DNA from: Chitinophagales bacterium
Lineage (GTDB): Bacteria > Bacteroidota > Bacteroidia > Chitinophagales > LD1
Direction: 5' to 3'
Assembly: GCA_044360745.1 (NCBI GenBank)
Contig: JBIKJU010000001.1
Coordinates: 1-51,887, forward strand
DNA: 51,887 nucleotides
Both the position numbers and the translations under genes were made by a program. Within the stretch, counting starts at the first letter, position 1. The number at the start of each line of letters is the position of its first letter. The notes under the pieces were generated by a model. That model had not been told where the DNA came from. It saw nothing but the letters and a program-made list of their open reading frames with translations, and did not search any database. Below are positions 9,704-19,135 of the stretch, piece by piece.

Positions 9704-11140
9704 TTACTGTATATCCCCTGTAGTTCTTATACTCATTTGAGGAGTATTAAACTCAGAAGTGACAGCTGTAACAGTCACAGTACCTGATGGATAATTGCTT
9801 GTAGAAAATGCAGCTGGATTTGTTCCAATTCTAGTATAAAGGGTAAATGAACCAGTAGCATCTATCATCGTCACATTGCCGCCATACACGCCATTATTTC
9901 CAGAGAGTGTCACACCTGACACACGAACTAAACGAGACTCATAGGTATTGAAATCACTGTTCAATTGTGAATTGGTAACAGTAACTGGAACTGGAGTTTC
10001 TGTACCCACTTTTGTTACATTCGTTAGCGGCAAATTATTGAGCTGCAATAATCCTCTAAATTCTGATAGCTCTGCTCCAGCAGTAGATACCTCCACTAAA
10101 TCGCCTACTGCAAAACCATGAGCGGCAGACATTCTGCATGTGATTCCAGCCCCTGCATCTTGTATCACTAAGTTACGAGTATCGAAGTTATTTTGCGAAT
10201 TATCTGAAACTACTACTCCTCTTATTTTACTTGCACAAGGTGCAGGTATAGTAGCTCCTGTAAACAATGCTCTAAGTGAAGCTATACTGATAAATTGATT
10301 GCCAGAAATAGTAGAGCCATCACATCGAGTATTTGATGTTTGTTGAGCATCATTTTGATTTCTTAATACTAATTGTTTTGTGAAATTTGAGCCAGACTTG
10401 AATACTGTAAAAATAGCAGTAATATCACATTTGCCTGCTGGTGCTGTAGCGGCTGCAAAACGAGAATAACCACTTGTACGAACCGTAATTTGATTAGATG
10501 AGCAGTCTTGTGCAATTCTGTTAAGAGAACCTTTGTTTATAGCATCAGCCCAAGGTTGATAAATATCACTGCATCCAAATTCTACATCTTTTATCTTAAT
10601 CAACATTGATTGATATGTTACGTTATCTAACGATGCTATAGTGACTTCTTTTGGCTCAACTGTAAAGCCCCATTTACCTCCGAGCACTTTTACTTTTGCA
10701 ATCGTAGAACTGACATATCCCAAATCTGCCCTACCATCAGAGTTGTCTATATAGCCTCCCATTTGCACATGCCCAGAATATTCTCCCAGATACAAATCTT
10801 TGCATTTCACAAAAACTCTTCTACCCACAGGGTACTCTGTATATAATGAAGAATTATCGATTTTGATTTGAATACCAGCTGTAGAGTCCTGAATAGTGAC
10901 TACTTTATAAAGATTACCATCCTTGTCATCAGCATTCACGATACCTGAGATTACCCAATCTTGATCAATTTTAATAGGTGTTGCTGATCCAATAGGATAC
11001 AAACTGCGTAATTGCTTAATAGTGGTATTGGCAACTACACCTATTGGGTCTTCACCTCCAGCTGGTGGAGAGTCAAATTTTTCTTTTACACATCCTGATA
11101 ATCCAAAAATAATTGCTGAAAGGAAAAATAGCTTTTTCAT
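9704..11140 (-). CDS. Surface lipoprotein with two tandem OB-like (DUF5689-like) modules, partner of the upstream TonB-dependent barrel
   Basis: Signal peptide plus lipobox (FGLSGC). There is an internal duplication. Copy 1: LRSLYP..ISGIV..VTIQDSTAGIQIK..VGRRVFVK..LGEYSGHVQ. Copy 2: LRALFT..IRGVVVSD..LVIQDAGAGITCR..VGDLVEVS..LSEFRGLLQ. It lies 22 nt downstream of the receptor gene. The family name is from memory, not from a search. Confidence 0.65.
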   Translation of the reverse strand: MKKLFFLSAIIFGLSGCVKEKFDSPPAGGEDPIGVVANTTIKQLRSLYPIGSATPIKIDQDWVISGIVNADDKDGNLYKVVTIQDSTAGIQIKIDNSSLYTEYPVGRRVFVKCKDLYLGEYSGHVQMGGYIDNSDGRADLGYVSSTIAKVKVLGGKWGFTVEPKEVTIASLDNVTYQSMLIKIKDVEFGCSDIYQPWADAINKGSLNRIAQDCSSNQITVRTSGYSRFAAATAPAGKCDITAIFTVFKSGSNFTKQLVLRNQNDAQQTSNTRCDGSTISGNQFISIASLRALFTGATIPAPCASKIRGVVVSDNSQNNFDTRNLVIQDAGAGITCRMSAAHGFAVGDLVEVSTAGAELSEFRGLLQLNNLPLTNVTKVGTETPVPVTVTNSQLNSDFNTYESRLVRVSGVTLSGNNGVYGGNVTMIDATGSFTLYTRIGTNPAAFSTSNYPSGTVTVTAVTSEFNTPQMSIRTTGDIQ

Positions 11141-11162
11141 AATTCTATTGATTTATATTTTT

Positions 11163-13715
11163 TTATTGCATTCTAAAATTAATTGAAATAAAGTAGCCTA
11201 TGCCGCGAGCATAGCGATATCGAGTATCAAACTTTCTGATATTTCTATCATCATAATCAAAGCGTAACTGCTCAGTTGCACTCACTACTAGGTTTTGGTT
11301 GTTTGTTAGGTTATTGACAGAAGCATTAATAATTAAAAAGTAACGTTGCTTGGCTTTAAATTTGAATATTTTATTCATCAACATTGAATATCCAGCTCTA
11401 AAATCCATCGTAAATTGTCCTTTTAATCGCTCTTGTCCAGTTACTTCATTCCAAGGTGCCGAATTTTCTTCTAATCCAATTAGAGCAGAAGAGGTTCTTC
11501 TGGCTGGGGAAACATCCACCCACATCCAATCATAATAATTAAAATTCATACCAACATACCAGAACTGAGGTGATCTATAGCGTAATGAAAAAGAAGTAGC
11601 AAGCTGCGGTGTACGCCCGATATTAAAATCTTGCATGTAAATAGTTGTGCCGTCTTCCAACACTTCTGAATCATTATTTCTAGTCACATATGCAGTAGGA
11701 CGAGAAGAGAACTGATAGCGAGCTATATTAGCCACAGCACTTGCACCAAAGCCTTTATAAATCTCGGCATCTGCGCCTATTTCCGCTCCAAAATGTCGCT
11801 TTCCTATGTTATTTAAACTATAGTTAACCATTGTTCTAAAATCATCATGAAAATACATGAAGTTTTGGATGCCATCTTTGAAGTCAGTATAGAAGAAAGT
11901 CGCTTTAGCTTTTATTTTCGGTGAATTGTAAAAATAGCCTATTTCACCGCTTAAGATTTTCTCACTTTTTAAATTAGGCAATAAATCATTTCGAGTAATT
12001 GGGGAAAGGAAAGACTCTCTAAACCCTGGCGCTATAGACTGAGCCATACCATTGAGGAAAATATAATTGCGACCGTTTATTTTATATGAAATTCCAGCTT
12101 TTACAGTATAATTATGGAATACACTTATTTTAGAATCTCCTAAAGAATTATCCTCAAAAAGTCCTATTCGATTATAACCTGTGCGCCAAAAAACAGAATT
12201 AGAGTATTGTCCTCCCAGAAAAAAATCAAGCTTGTTGAATTTTAAGGTAGCTTGTGCCCAAGCCTGTGTTTTATGAATATTCATATCGTAGTCATAAGCA
12301 TACTTATCACCAACTTTTAAAATTCGGTTTGGATTATCGATATCAAATTGGTTGGCTGTAGAATCATTCGGGTAGTCACGTTCAGCAAATTGATTAACAT
12401 TCACAAAGAAATCACCTCCCAATAAATCGCTTACTTGCCTGTAATAATTCGTCTTTTCATACTGATATGTCAAACCTCCAGCTATTGAAATATTGTCATT
12501 GATAGTATGATTTATGATAGCATTAAACTGTGCTTGTCGGCTATCCTCTACCCTATCGCTCAAAATATATCTTGACCAATTGCCATATACTGTTTCAGTG
12601 CCACCGTTGGCATTTCGCACGCTATCAGAAGCATTTCTGTTTGTATTGTATATGTCATCCCATCTTATTTGTCTTGCCCATTCATTATTCCTCAAAAAAT
12701 CTTGAGCCTCTTTCATAGTTGTAGAGTCCTCCATCAAACTCGGCAAATTTTTGTAATAGTCTGGCGCAGGGTTAAGAGCATTATACCAATCTAAACCCGA
12801 AAATTTATTTTTCCCGAATTGATACATAGCAGATAACATCACATTAGTCAATGTGGTTGGCTTGTACTCGTAGGTCAACATAAACACTGGTATAAAAACA
12901 TTTGACTCATTAGCATTTCTAATTTGTCCGTTTTGAAAACCCCAAGCTGGGTTATAGTAGTTAGTACCCGCAAGCTCTGTCATTTCACGAGTAGATACAT
13001 TGGCACGCGCACTTCTAGTAGGCGCACCAAAGGTGTTAAAAGCTAGACTATGCTTGTTCTTAAATAATTTTTCAACAGCAAAAAAGTAAGAATATCCGTC
13101 AAAATAAGTCCCTGGCTCGTATCCTTTTTCTGCCCATCTTCTCACAAAAGCTCCTGCAAAAGCCCAATTTCCTTTTATGAATCCTGATGCATAGCTCGCG
13201 GATATCCTATTTCTAAACCGTTGGTTAGTCAATGCATACGATGCGTTTAACCCTTTGAAAATTCGGCCAGCTCTAGAGTCAAACATAATACCCCCTCCTA
13301 TACCTCCAAGAGTAAAACTACCATTAGCCATTCCTACTATGGTTTGTCTGCCTCTAAACATATCATTTAATCCACCCCATTCTGCCCACATAGCATTGCC
13401 AGACTCAGGATCATTCATTGATAAGCCGTTTACCAATATATTAGTATTTCCTCCTTCATAACCTCTGTATCTGTAACCTCCTTGCGACAAATTAAATGAA
13501 GCATTAGATTGAAACACATCTCTTGAAGATGATAAAATACTTGACACATTTTGTGTTGCCGAATTATCTTCTAACTCTGATTCTGAGAGATTAATTATAG
13601 GAATATTTTCAGGGTTGTAAACTGCTTGTTTTAAGTTTACCGAATCTTCTTTTTCTTGAGCAAACAAGTGAACGGTAAAAAGATTGGCTATGAAAAACCA
13701 TTTTTTCAATCTCAT
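11163..13715 (-). CDS. TonB-dependent receptor-like outer-membrane barrel
   Basis: 850 aa. Signal peptide (FTVHLFAQE), a plug-like region (YRYRGYEGGNTNILVNGLSMNDPESG), then long beta-rich sequence with alternating aromatic residues to the C-terminus. Confidence 0.8.
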   Translation of the reverse strand: MRLKKWFFIANLFTVHLFAQEKEDSVNLKQAVYNPENIPIINLSESELEDNSATQNVSSILSSSRDVFQSNASFNLSQGGYRYRGYEGGNTNILVNGLSMNDPESGNAMWAEWGGLNDMFRGRQTIVGMANGSFTLGGIGGGIMFDSRAGRIFKGLNASYALTNQRFRNRISASYASGFIKGNWAFAGAFVRRWAEKGYEPGTYFDGYSYFFAVEKLFKNKHSLAFNTFGAPTRSARANVSTREMTELAGTNYYNPAWGFQNGQIRNANESNVFIPVFMLTYEYKPTTLTNVMLSAMYQFGKNKFSGLDWYNALNPAPDYYKNLPSLMEDSTTMKEAQDFLRNNEWARQIRWDDIYNTNRNASDSVRNANGGTETVYGNWSRYILSDRVEDSRQAQFNAIINHTINDNISIAGGLTYQYEKTNYYRQVSDLLGGDFFVNVNQFAERDYPNDSTANQFDIDNPNRILKVGDKYAYDYDMNIHKTQAWAQATLKFNKLDFFLGGQYSNSVFWRTGYNRIGLFEDNSLGDSKISVFHNYTVKAGISYKINGRNYIFLNGMAQSIAPGFRESFLSPITRNDLLPNLKSEKILSGEIGYFYNSPKIKAKATFFYTDFKDGIQNFMYFHDDFRTMVNYSLNNIGKRHFGAEIGADAEIYKGFGASAVANIARYQFSSRPTAYVTRNNDSEVLEDGTTIYMQDFNIGRTPQLATSFSLRYRSPQFWYVGMNFNYYDWMWVDVSPARRTSSALIGLEENSAPWNEVTGQERLKGQFTMDFRAGYSMLMNKIFKFKAKQRYFLIINASVNNLTNNQNLVVSATEQLRFDYDDRNIRKFDTRYRYARGIGYFISINFRMQ

Positions 13716-13837
13716 AAAAAGGGGTTATCTGCGATTATTTTTTGTAAAAATATCAAAATTTAAATGCCTTGCATAAGTTTGGCATGTTAATTTTAAGATA
13801 AATAAAAAGCAGTAGCTGAAAAAATAAAAACATATTT

Positions 13838-13845
13838 TAGATTTG
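13838..13845 (+). promoter_or_regulatory. Bacteroidetes-type -7 box (TAGATTTG, consensus TAnnTTTG)
   Basis: Exact consensus match abutting ATG 13846. If it is functional, the mRNA would begin after 13846 and translation would begin at ATG 13867 (MKVIFTLLLTGLFTFSFGQ). Confidence 0.35.
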
Positions 13846-14907
13846 ATGAAAACTAACCTCCATATAATGAAAGTTATCTTCACTCTCCTACTCACCGGAT
13901 TGTTTACTTTTTCCTTTGGTCAAGAGAAAAAAAGTTACCAATTAGGTGTCATAGGTTTTTATAACCTAGAAAACTTTTATGATACTTTAGATGACCCCTT
14001 TACGAATGATGATGAGTTTACGCCTGCTGGTCCACGCAGATATAGTAGTGAAGTGTATAAAGATAAAATCAATAGATTGGTGGATGTAATAGCAAAAATA
14101 GGAAAGGAACAGTCGCCTGATGGAATGTCTATGTTTGGTGTAGCTGAAATTGAAAACGAAGCTGTTCTTAACGACCTTATAGCTCATCCTGACCTCAGCC
14201 CAAGAGGTTATAAAGTAGTCCATTACGACTCTCCTGACGAAAGGGGTGTAGATGTTGGCTTTATTTATAATCCAAAATATTACAAAGTAGAAGGGAGTAA
14301 ATCTTTAGAAGTGCCTCTTATGGGTGAAAATGGATACAAACGAAAAACTAGAGATGTGCTTTGGGTTTGGGGCAAATACATGGGCGAAGATTTGCATGTA
14401 TTTGTAAATCACTGGCCATCAAGAAGAGGAGGAGAAGAAGCCTCAGCACCTGGCAGAGCTGCTGCCGCTAAAGTCCCAAAAGATATTATAGATTCTCTTA
14501 CTGCTATCAACCCCAATGTGAAAGCTATAGTAATGGGTGACCTCAACGATGACCCCCTTAGCCCTAGTGTGACTAAAGTATTACAAGCAAAAAACAAAAT
14601 AGACAAAATAAAAGCAGGGGATATGTATAATCCTTGGACTGATTTTTACAAAAATGGTATTGGCACACTAGCGTATAATGATGCTTGGAATCTATTTGAC
14701 CAAATCATTATCACTCCTGGATTTTTAGACAAAAACCAAAATGGTATTTTTTATAAAGATGCTCATATTTTTAAACGAGAATTTATGGTACAACAAACAG
14801 GTCGTTTTAAAGGATATCCTCTCCGTACTTGGGATGGCATGATTTATAATAGAGGTTTTTCTGATCACTTTCCTACCTATATTGTAGTTCTCAAAGCTGT
14901 GAAATAA
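13846..14907 (+). CDS. Secreted endonuclease/exonuclease/phosphatase (EEP) family protein
   Basis: Signal peptide. Full EEP catalytic pattern in order: FYNLENF, VAEIENE, VNHWPSRRGG, MGDLNDDP, FSDHFP. The track start 13843 is TTG. ATG candidates are at 13846 and 13867. Confidence 0.85.
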   Translation: MKTNLHIMKVIFTLLLTGLFTFSFGQEKKSYQLGVIGFYNLENFYDTLDDPFTNDDEFTPAGPRRYSSEVYKDKINRLVDVIAKIGKEQSPDGMSMFGVAEIENEAVLNDLIAHPDLSPRGYKVVHYDSPDERGVDVGFIYNPKYYKVEGSKSLEVPLMGENGYKRKTRDVLWVWGKYMGEDLHVFVNHWPSRRGGEEASAPGRAAAAKVPKDIIDSLTAINPNVKAIVMGDLNDDPLSPSVTKVLQAKNKIDKIKAGDMYNPWTDFYKNGIGTLAYNDAWNLFDQIIITPGFLDKNQNGIFYKDAHIFKREFMVQQTGRFKGYPLRTWDGMIYNRGFSDHFPTYIVVLKAVK

Positions 14908-14972
14908 TTTTATCATCAGTATGCTTTAGTAAACAATGTTATCTTCACCTCGTTTTTTAAAGCATCAACATT

Positions 14973-15812
14973 ATGAAAAAAAAACCACCCGTAGGGGCAT
15001 ATCTCCGACTCACAGTAGCGCGGAAAACAAACAGTGGATTCGATCTCCAATCGGACGATGGGATTCAATATTCTATTGATGAAAATGAAACGAATAAAGA
15101 TTGGGAAGCTGGCTCTATCCAATCGCTGTTTACTTATTTTGACTTTGACCAAAGATTTTGTGCTACCATGCTTAAGCCAGCAATCAGTGTAGGACGATTT
15201 GGGTTAGTAGAAGTTACTAAAATAGATAAACATGGAGCTCTAATAGCATGGGGAATTGAAGCTCCAATTAATATACCCGAAGAACACCAACACCGAGCAC
15301 TCGAAGCAGGCAAATGGTACTTAGCCACATTGTGCTATAGCAAAGAAAATGAAATCTTGTATGCTTCTACTAAAGTAGCCGATTATTTAGACAATACAGA
15401 CGCAAATTACAAAATCAATGAAGAGGTGAATATAATTTTCTATGAGCATACAAAGCTTGGTTATAATGTGATAGTAGATCATAAACATAGAGGTCTTGTC
15501 TATCATGATGAGGTGTATAGAGAAATCTCCTATGGCGAACACACAAAAGGCTACATCAAAAAAATAAGAGAAGAAAACAAACTCGATGTGATGTTGCAAC
15601 CTATGGGGTTTGCGAGAATAGACGCATCCGAAGAATTAATAGTTAAACATCTTAAAGAGAATAATGGTTTTATAGCACTGCATGATAAAAGCGAACCAGA
15701 AGAAATAATGGAACAACTAGGAATGAGTAAAAAGACATTTAAAAAAGCTATAGGAGGATTATATAAAGAGAAAGTTATAAGACTAGAGGATGATGGTGTA
15801 TATTTAATTTAA
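14973..15812 (+). CDS. S1-like RNA-binding protein, CvfB/YitL family
   Basis: 279 aa. Repeated S1/OB-like segments and a C-terminal winged-helix-like tail (KKTFKKAIGGLYKEKVIRLEDDGVYL) are typical of CvfB-family proteins. Confidence 0.7.
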   Translation: MKKKPPVGAYLRLTVARKTNSGFDLQSDDGIQYSIDENETNKDWEAGSIQSLFTYFDFDQRFCATMLKPAISVGRFGLVEVTKIDKHGALIAWGIEAPINIPEEHQHRALEAGKWYLATLCYSKENEILYASTKVADYLDNTDANYKINEEVNIIFYEHTKLGYNVIVDHKHRGLVYHDEVYREISYGEHTKGYIKKIREENKLDVMLQPMGFARIDASEELIVKHLKENNGFIALHDKSEPEEIMEQLGMSKKTFKKAIGGLYKEKVIRLEDDGVYLI

Positions 15813-15830
15813 TCTAATCCATTTATGATA

Positions 15831-15865
15831 AAAAAAACCCCCAACATTTCTTGTTGGGGGTTTTT
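15831..15865. terminator. Bidirectional rho-independent terminator
   Basis: aaaaaaa-cccccaaca-tttct-tgttggggg-ttttt. A 9-bp GC-rich stem (15838-15846 / 15852-15860) with an A-run on the left and a T-run on the right, between convergent genes. Confidence 0.88.
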
Positions 15866-15882
15866 AATTTTCATGTTATAGA

Positions 15883-17952
15883 TTATTTAGTAAATCCAGG
15901 GCCTGTCTTAGTAGCTGGTACTGGCTCAGATTTTTCGTATTGAATTTCTGGTGCTTCTTCTGGCTTATCAGGTATGATTTTGAATTCTACACGTCTGTTT
16001 CTCGCTCTTCCTTCTGGATTATCTACTCCGTCTACTTCATTAGGAGCTATTGGTGTAGTTTCTCCATATCCTTTTGAGATTACTCTCTCTACATTTATTC
16101 CTTTAGAGACTAAATAAGCTTTCGCCTCATCAGCTCTGTTTTGAGAAAGTCTGTTGTTGTATTCATCAGAACCCTTGCTATCAGTGTGTCCTTGTACCTC
16201 TACACTATATCCTAAGTTTTGAGTTAAAACACTATGAACAGAATCAAGTTTTAATTGATAAAATGCAATTACATTTGAGCGGTCAAATTCGAAATAAATA
16301 TTCTCGATTTTGATTTTCTTCTTTTCAATTTTATCTATAAAAAATACTTGATAAATCGTGTCTCTCTCTTCATCTTCTTTTACTATGATATTCTCAACAG
16401 CCGGCCAATAACCTTCTTTATTTCCATTGATTTTAAACTTGTCGCCTCTTTTTAAATTATAATAAAAAGGAGCTCCTCCAGCAGTAACAGTACTTCCTAC
16501 AAAATCAAAATTTTTGCCGTCAACTTTATATAATGATGCTTCTACACCATCTATTGGAGTTTGAGCAGGATCTGTTCTTAATGCATAAATACCTTTAAGT
16601 ACTACTTCTTCTTTTAGGGTAACTGACCAAATATCATCGCAACAAGTTTCGCCACGAATAGTCTTAGTACCTTGTCTATTCGAAGCTAAGAAACCTTTCT
16701 TACCTTGATTATCCAATACAAAATACATATCATCAGCAGATGAGTTTGCAGGTGCTCCTAAGTTGTATGGAATACCCCAGTTTTCGGGAGCTCCATTTAC
16801 TTGGAATATATCAAAACCTCCTAAGCCTGGCAAACCGTTAGAACTAAAATAAAGTCGCTTTGTATTTTTATCATAAAACGGAGAAAACTCATCTCCAGCA
16901 GTGTTTACTTCTGATCCTACATTTTTTACAGGACCAAATGTGCCATCTTGATTGATTTGAGCATAAAAGATGTCTAAACCACCTTTTCCACCTCTATCTG
17001 ATACGAAATAAATAACATCATTACCATCTTTATCTAGTCCAATCGTAGGTTGTGTCGTAGTTCCTGTAGGTGTGTTCAGTGATTTAAGTTCTTCAGGATT
17101 TCCCCACTCACTGCCATCAAGGGTTGATTTAAATAATCTACATCTCATTCTTACGATTTCACTTTGATCGCATTTTGTGTAAAAAAGAGTTTTCTCATCA
17201 GCTGAAAATATACCATTACCAACATGTGCCTTAGAATCATTTGGAGGTGAAGATAATTTTGTGTCATCTTTCCAGTTTTTACCATCACGAGTAGCGATAA
17301 ACATTTTAGCATAATAGTCATCTGTACTTTTTGTGATATTTATAGCCGTATCAGATTTTAACGAAGAATACAATAATCTGTTACCACTGATTGGTTTTGG
17401 AGAAAAGTCAGTCAATACGTTATTAATAAATCCTTCCTCATGCGTTACTTTAATTTTGTTAGGGTTAGCCAACCATGCTTGAGCTGAGTCACATCCTATG
17501 ATTTCAGACTTAGCAAGGCTTTTGAAACTAATATCATTTTTGTCTAGTTTGTATTTTAGATACTCTTGAAATGTTTTTTTAGCGTCATCATATTTCCCGT
17601 TCATTTTTTGCATCTGACCCAAAAAGAATTTTGAATTTGGCCACTTATCTTTTACCTTCTCTATTTCTAAAGTGTAATATTTTTCAGCTTCTTTATAATC
17701 TCTCAAACTTCTGTTGATTTCAGCTAATTCGTGAATAACTTTTATTTTGTCTGGTTTAGCTTTTAATACATCCGCATAATACTCTGCTGCATTATAATAA
17801 CTGCCTTCCTTGGCTAGTTGTTTAGCCAATTTTAACTTTTTCCCGGGCTTAGTATTTGGGTACTTTTCTACTCGTTTTCTAGCGCTTTCTTCATCTTGTG
17901 CTGCAGCATTCATTGCCAAAAACGCAAGGCAAACTAAAAATAGGTTTTTCAT
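15883..17952 (-). CDS. OmpA-family protein with N-terminal TPR-like and TolB-like beta-propeller regions
   Basis: Signal peptide. C-terminal peptidoglycan-binding OmpA motif: VQGHTDSKGSDEYNNRLSQNRADEAKAYLVSKGI...RNRRVEFKI. Confidence 0.85.
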   Translation of the reverse strand: MKNLFLVCLAFLAMNAAAQDEESARKRVEKYPNTKPGKKLKLAKQLAKEGSYYNAAEYYADVLKAKPDKIKVIHELAEINRSLRDYKEAEKYYTLEIEKVKDKWPNSKFFLGQMQKMNGKYDDAKKTFQEYLKYKLDKNDISFKSLAKSEIIGCDSAQAWLANPNKIKVTHEEGFINNVLTDFSPKPISGNRLLYSSLKSDTAINITKSTDDYYAKMFIATRDGKNWKDDTKLSSPPNDSKAHVGNGIFSADEKTLFYTKCDQSEIVRMRCRLFKSTLDGSEWGNPEELKSLNTPTGTTTQPTIGLDKDGNDVIYFVSDRGGKGGLDIFYAQINQDGTFGPVKNVGSEVNTAGDEFSPFYDKNTKRLYFSSNGLPGLGGFDIFQVNGAPENWGIPYNLGAPANSSADDMYFVLDNQGKKGFLASNRQGTKTIRGETCCDDIWSVTLKEEVVLKGIYALRTDPAQTPIDGVEASLYKVDGKNFDFVGSTVTAGGAPFYYNLKRGDKFKINGNKEGYWPAVENIIVKEDEERDTIYQVFFIDKIEKKKIKIENIYFEFDRSNVIAFYQLKLDSVHSVLTQNLGYSVEVQGHTDSKGSDEYNNRLSQNRADEAKAYLVSKGINVERVISKGYGETTPIAPNEVDGVDNPEGRARNRRVEFKIIPDKPEEAPEIQYEKSEPVPATKTGPGFTK

Positions 17953-17983
17953 AGGTTATTTAAGGTTATTGGGTAGGTTAATT

Positions 17984-19069
17984 TTAATATCTAGGGTTAA
18001 ACAAATATTTATTTTCTTTCAGTTTAGTAAATCCTCCAATGTAGGCTAAACTCAGCTCAAATGCCAATGGTTGGGAATTTTGTGCTATTGATGCTTTTGC
18101 ATCTTTCTGTAACTGTGACAATCGAACATCAAAAGCTGCTCCAAATCTAAACTTATTGTACTCTAAACCTACTTTTGGGATAATGTCTCTTCCGAATCTA
18201 TTCCAAAGACCTAGAAACACTGTTCCTTTTTTATCTTCAGTATTTAAAAACTTATATCCTGCTGTAAGACCAAAATCTGTTTCAGTAGCTTTGGCCATAT
18301 ACTGAAAATATCCACCAGGTATCAATAACCATCTCTTTTTAATTTCAAACTCAAAACCAGCTGATGCAGCATGTCTCATTGGGCGTTTGAAATCTGAACC
18401 AGTTTGTAACACATGGTCATTTGGTCTAGCTATATTAAACAAAGAGTATCCAGCATAAAATGTCAACCATTCTAATGGATTGGTATTAAAAAATAATCCA
18501 GCGCTCATATTGAATCGAGTGGTTGAAGGGAAAGCTAATGCCTCTCCAGATTTAGTAGGGTCATAAGTTAAATCAGGATTAAACCCTTGGCCAAATGTAT
18601 AATTAAAGTTTAAACGTGTAAACTCAATTTGAGGAACAAAACCAATAGAGAGCTGTGTGCGCTTACCTTTACCCATACCAATCATATAGCCTAAAGCTAC
18701 TCCAATTTTTGTATGATTAATTGTATTTTTCTCTCCTATAGCTGCTGGATTCGGACTTTCAGTGATAGTTCGGAAGTTTTGCTGATCGTTTGTAGCGACT
18801 AAGCCAACTCCCAATACATTTCCTTTCATCTTTTCTCGCAACAAAGCAAAATCCACTGATCCAGAAACCGTAGAATAAGGCTGAAAGCCTTTAGGAGCAA
18901 ACCACTGACCTCGGTATATAGCTGTAGCTCTCCATGTCCCATCAAATTTACCTACCAATGCAGGGTTTAATGTCAATGGTGACGCATAATACTGAGAAAA
19001 ATGTATGTCCTGTGCTGAAGCAAAACCTACTGATAGCAATATAATCAGTGTAGATAGAAGTTTCTTCAT
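17984..19069 (-). CDS. PorP/SprF family type IX secretion system membrane protein
   Basis: Signal peptide followed by the hallmark QDIHFSQYYASPLTLNPALVG, then a beta-barrel-like remainder. I prefer ATG 19069 (MKKLLSTLIILL...) over the track start 19099. Confidence 0.88.
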   Translation of the reverse strand: MKKLLSTLIILLSVGFASAQDIHFSQYYASPLTLNPALVGKFDGTWRATAIYRGQWFAPKGFQPYSTVSGSVDFALLREKMKGNVLGVGLVATNDQQNFRTITESPNPAAIGEKNTINHTKIGVALGYMIGMGKGKRTQLSIGFVPQIEFTRLNFNYTFGQGFNPDLTYDPTKSGEALAFPSTTRFNMSAGLFFNTNPLEWLTFYAGYSLFNIARPNDHVLQTGSDFKRPMRHAASAGFEFEIKKRWLLIPGGYFQYMAKATETDFGLTAGYKFLNTEDKKGTVFLGLWNRFGRDIIPKVGLEYNKFRFGAAFDVRLSQLQKDAKASIAQNSQPLAFELSLAYIGGFTKLKENKYLFNPRY

Positions 19070-19135
19070 GTTTTCTGTAGGGTTTAGTGTTAATGTCACA
19101 ATAATCGTATTTTTATTTTAATTAATGAAATTTTG

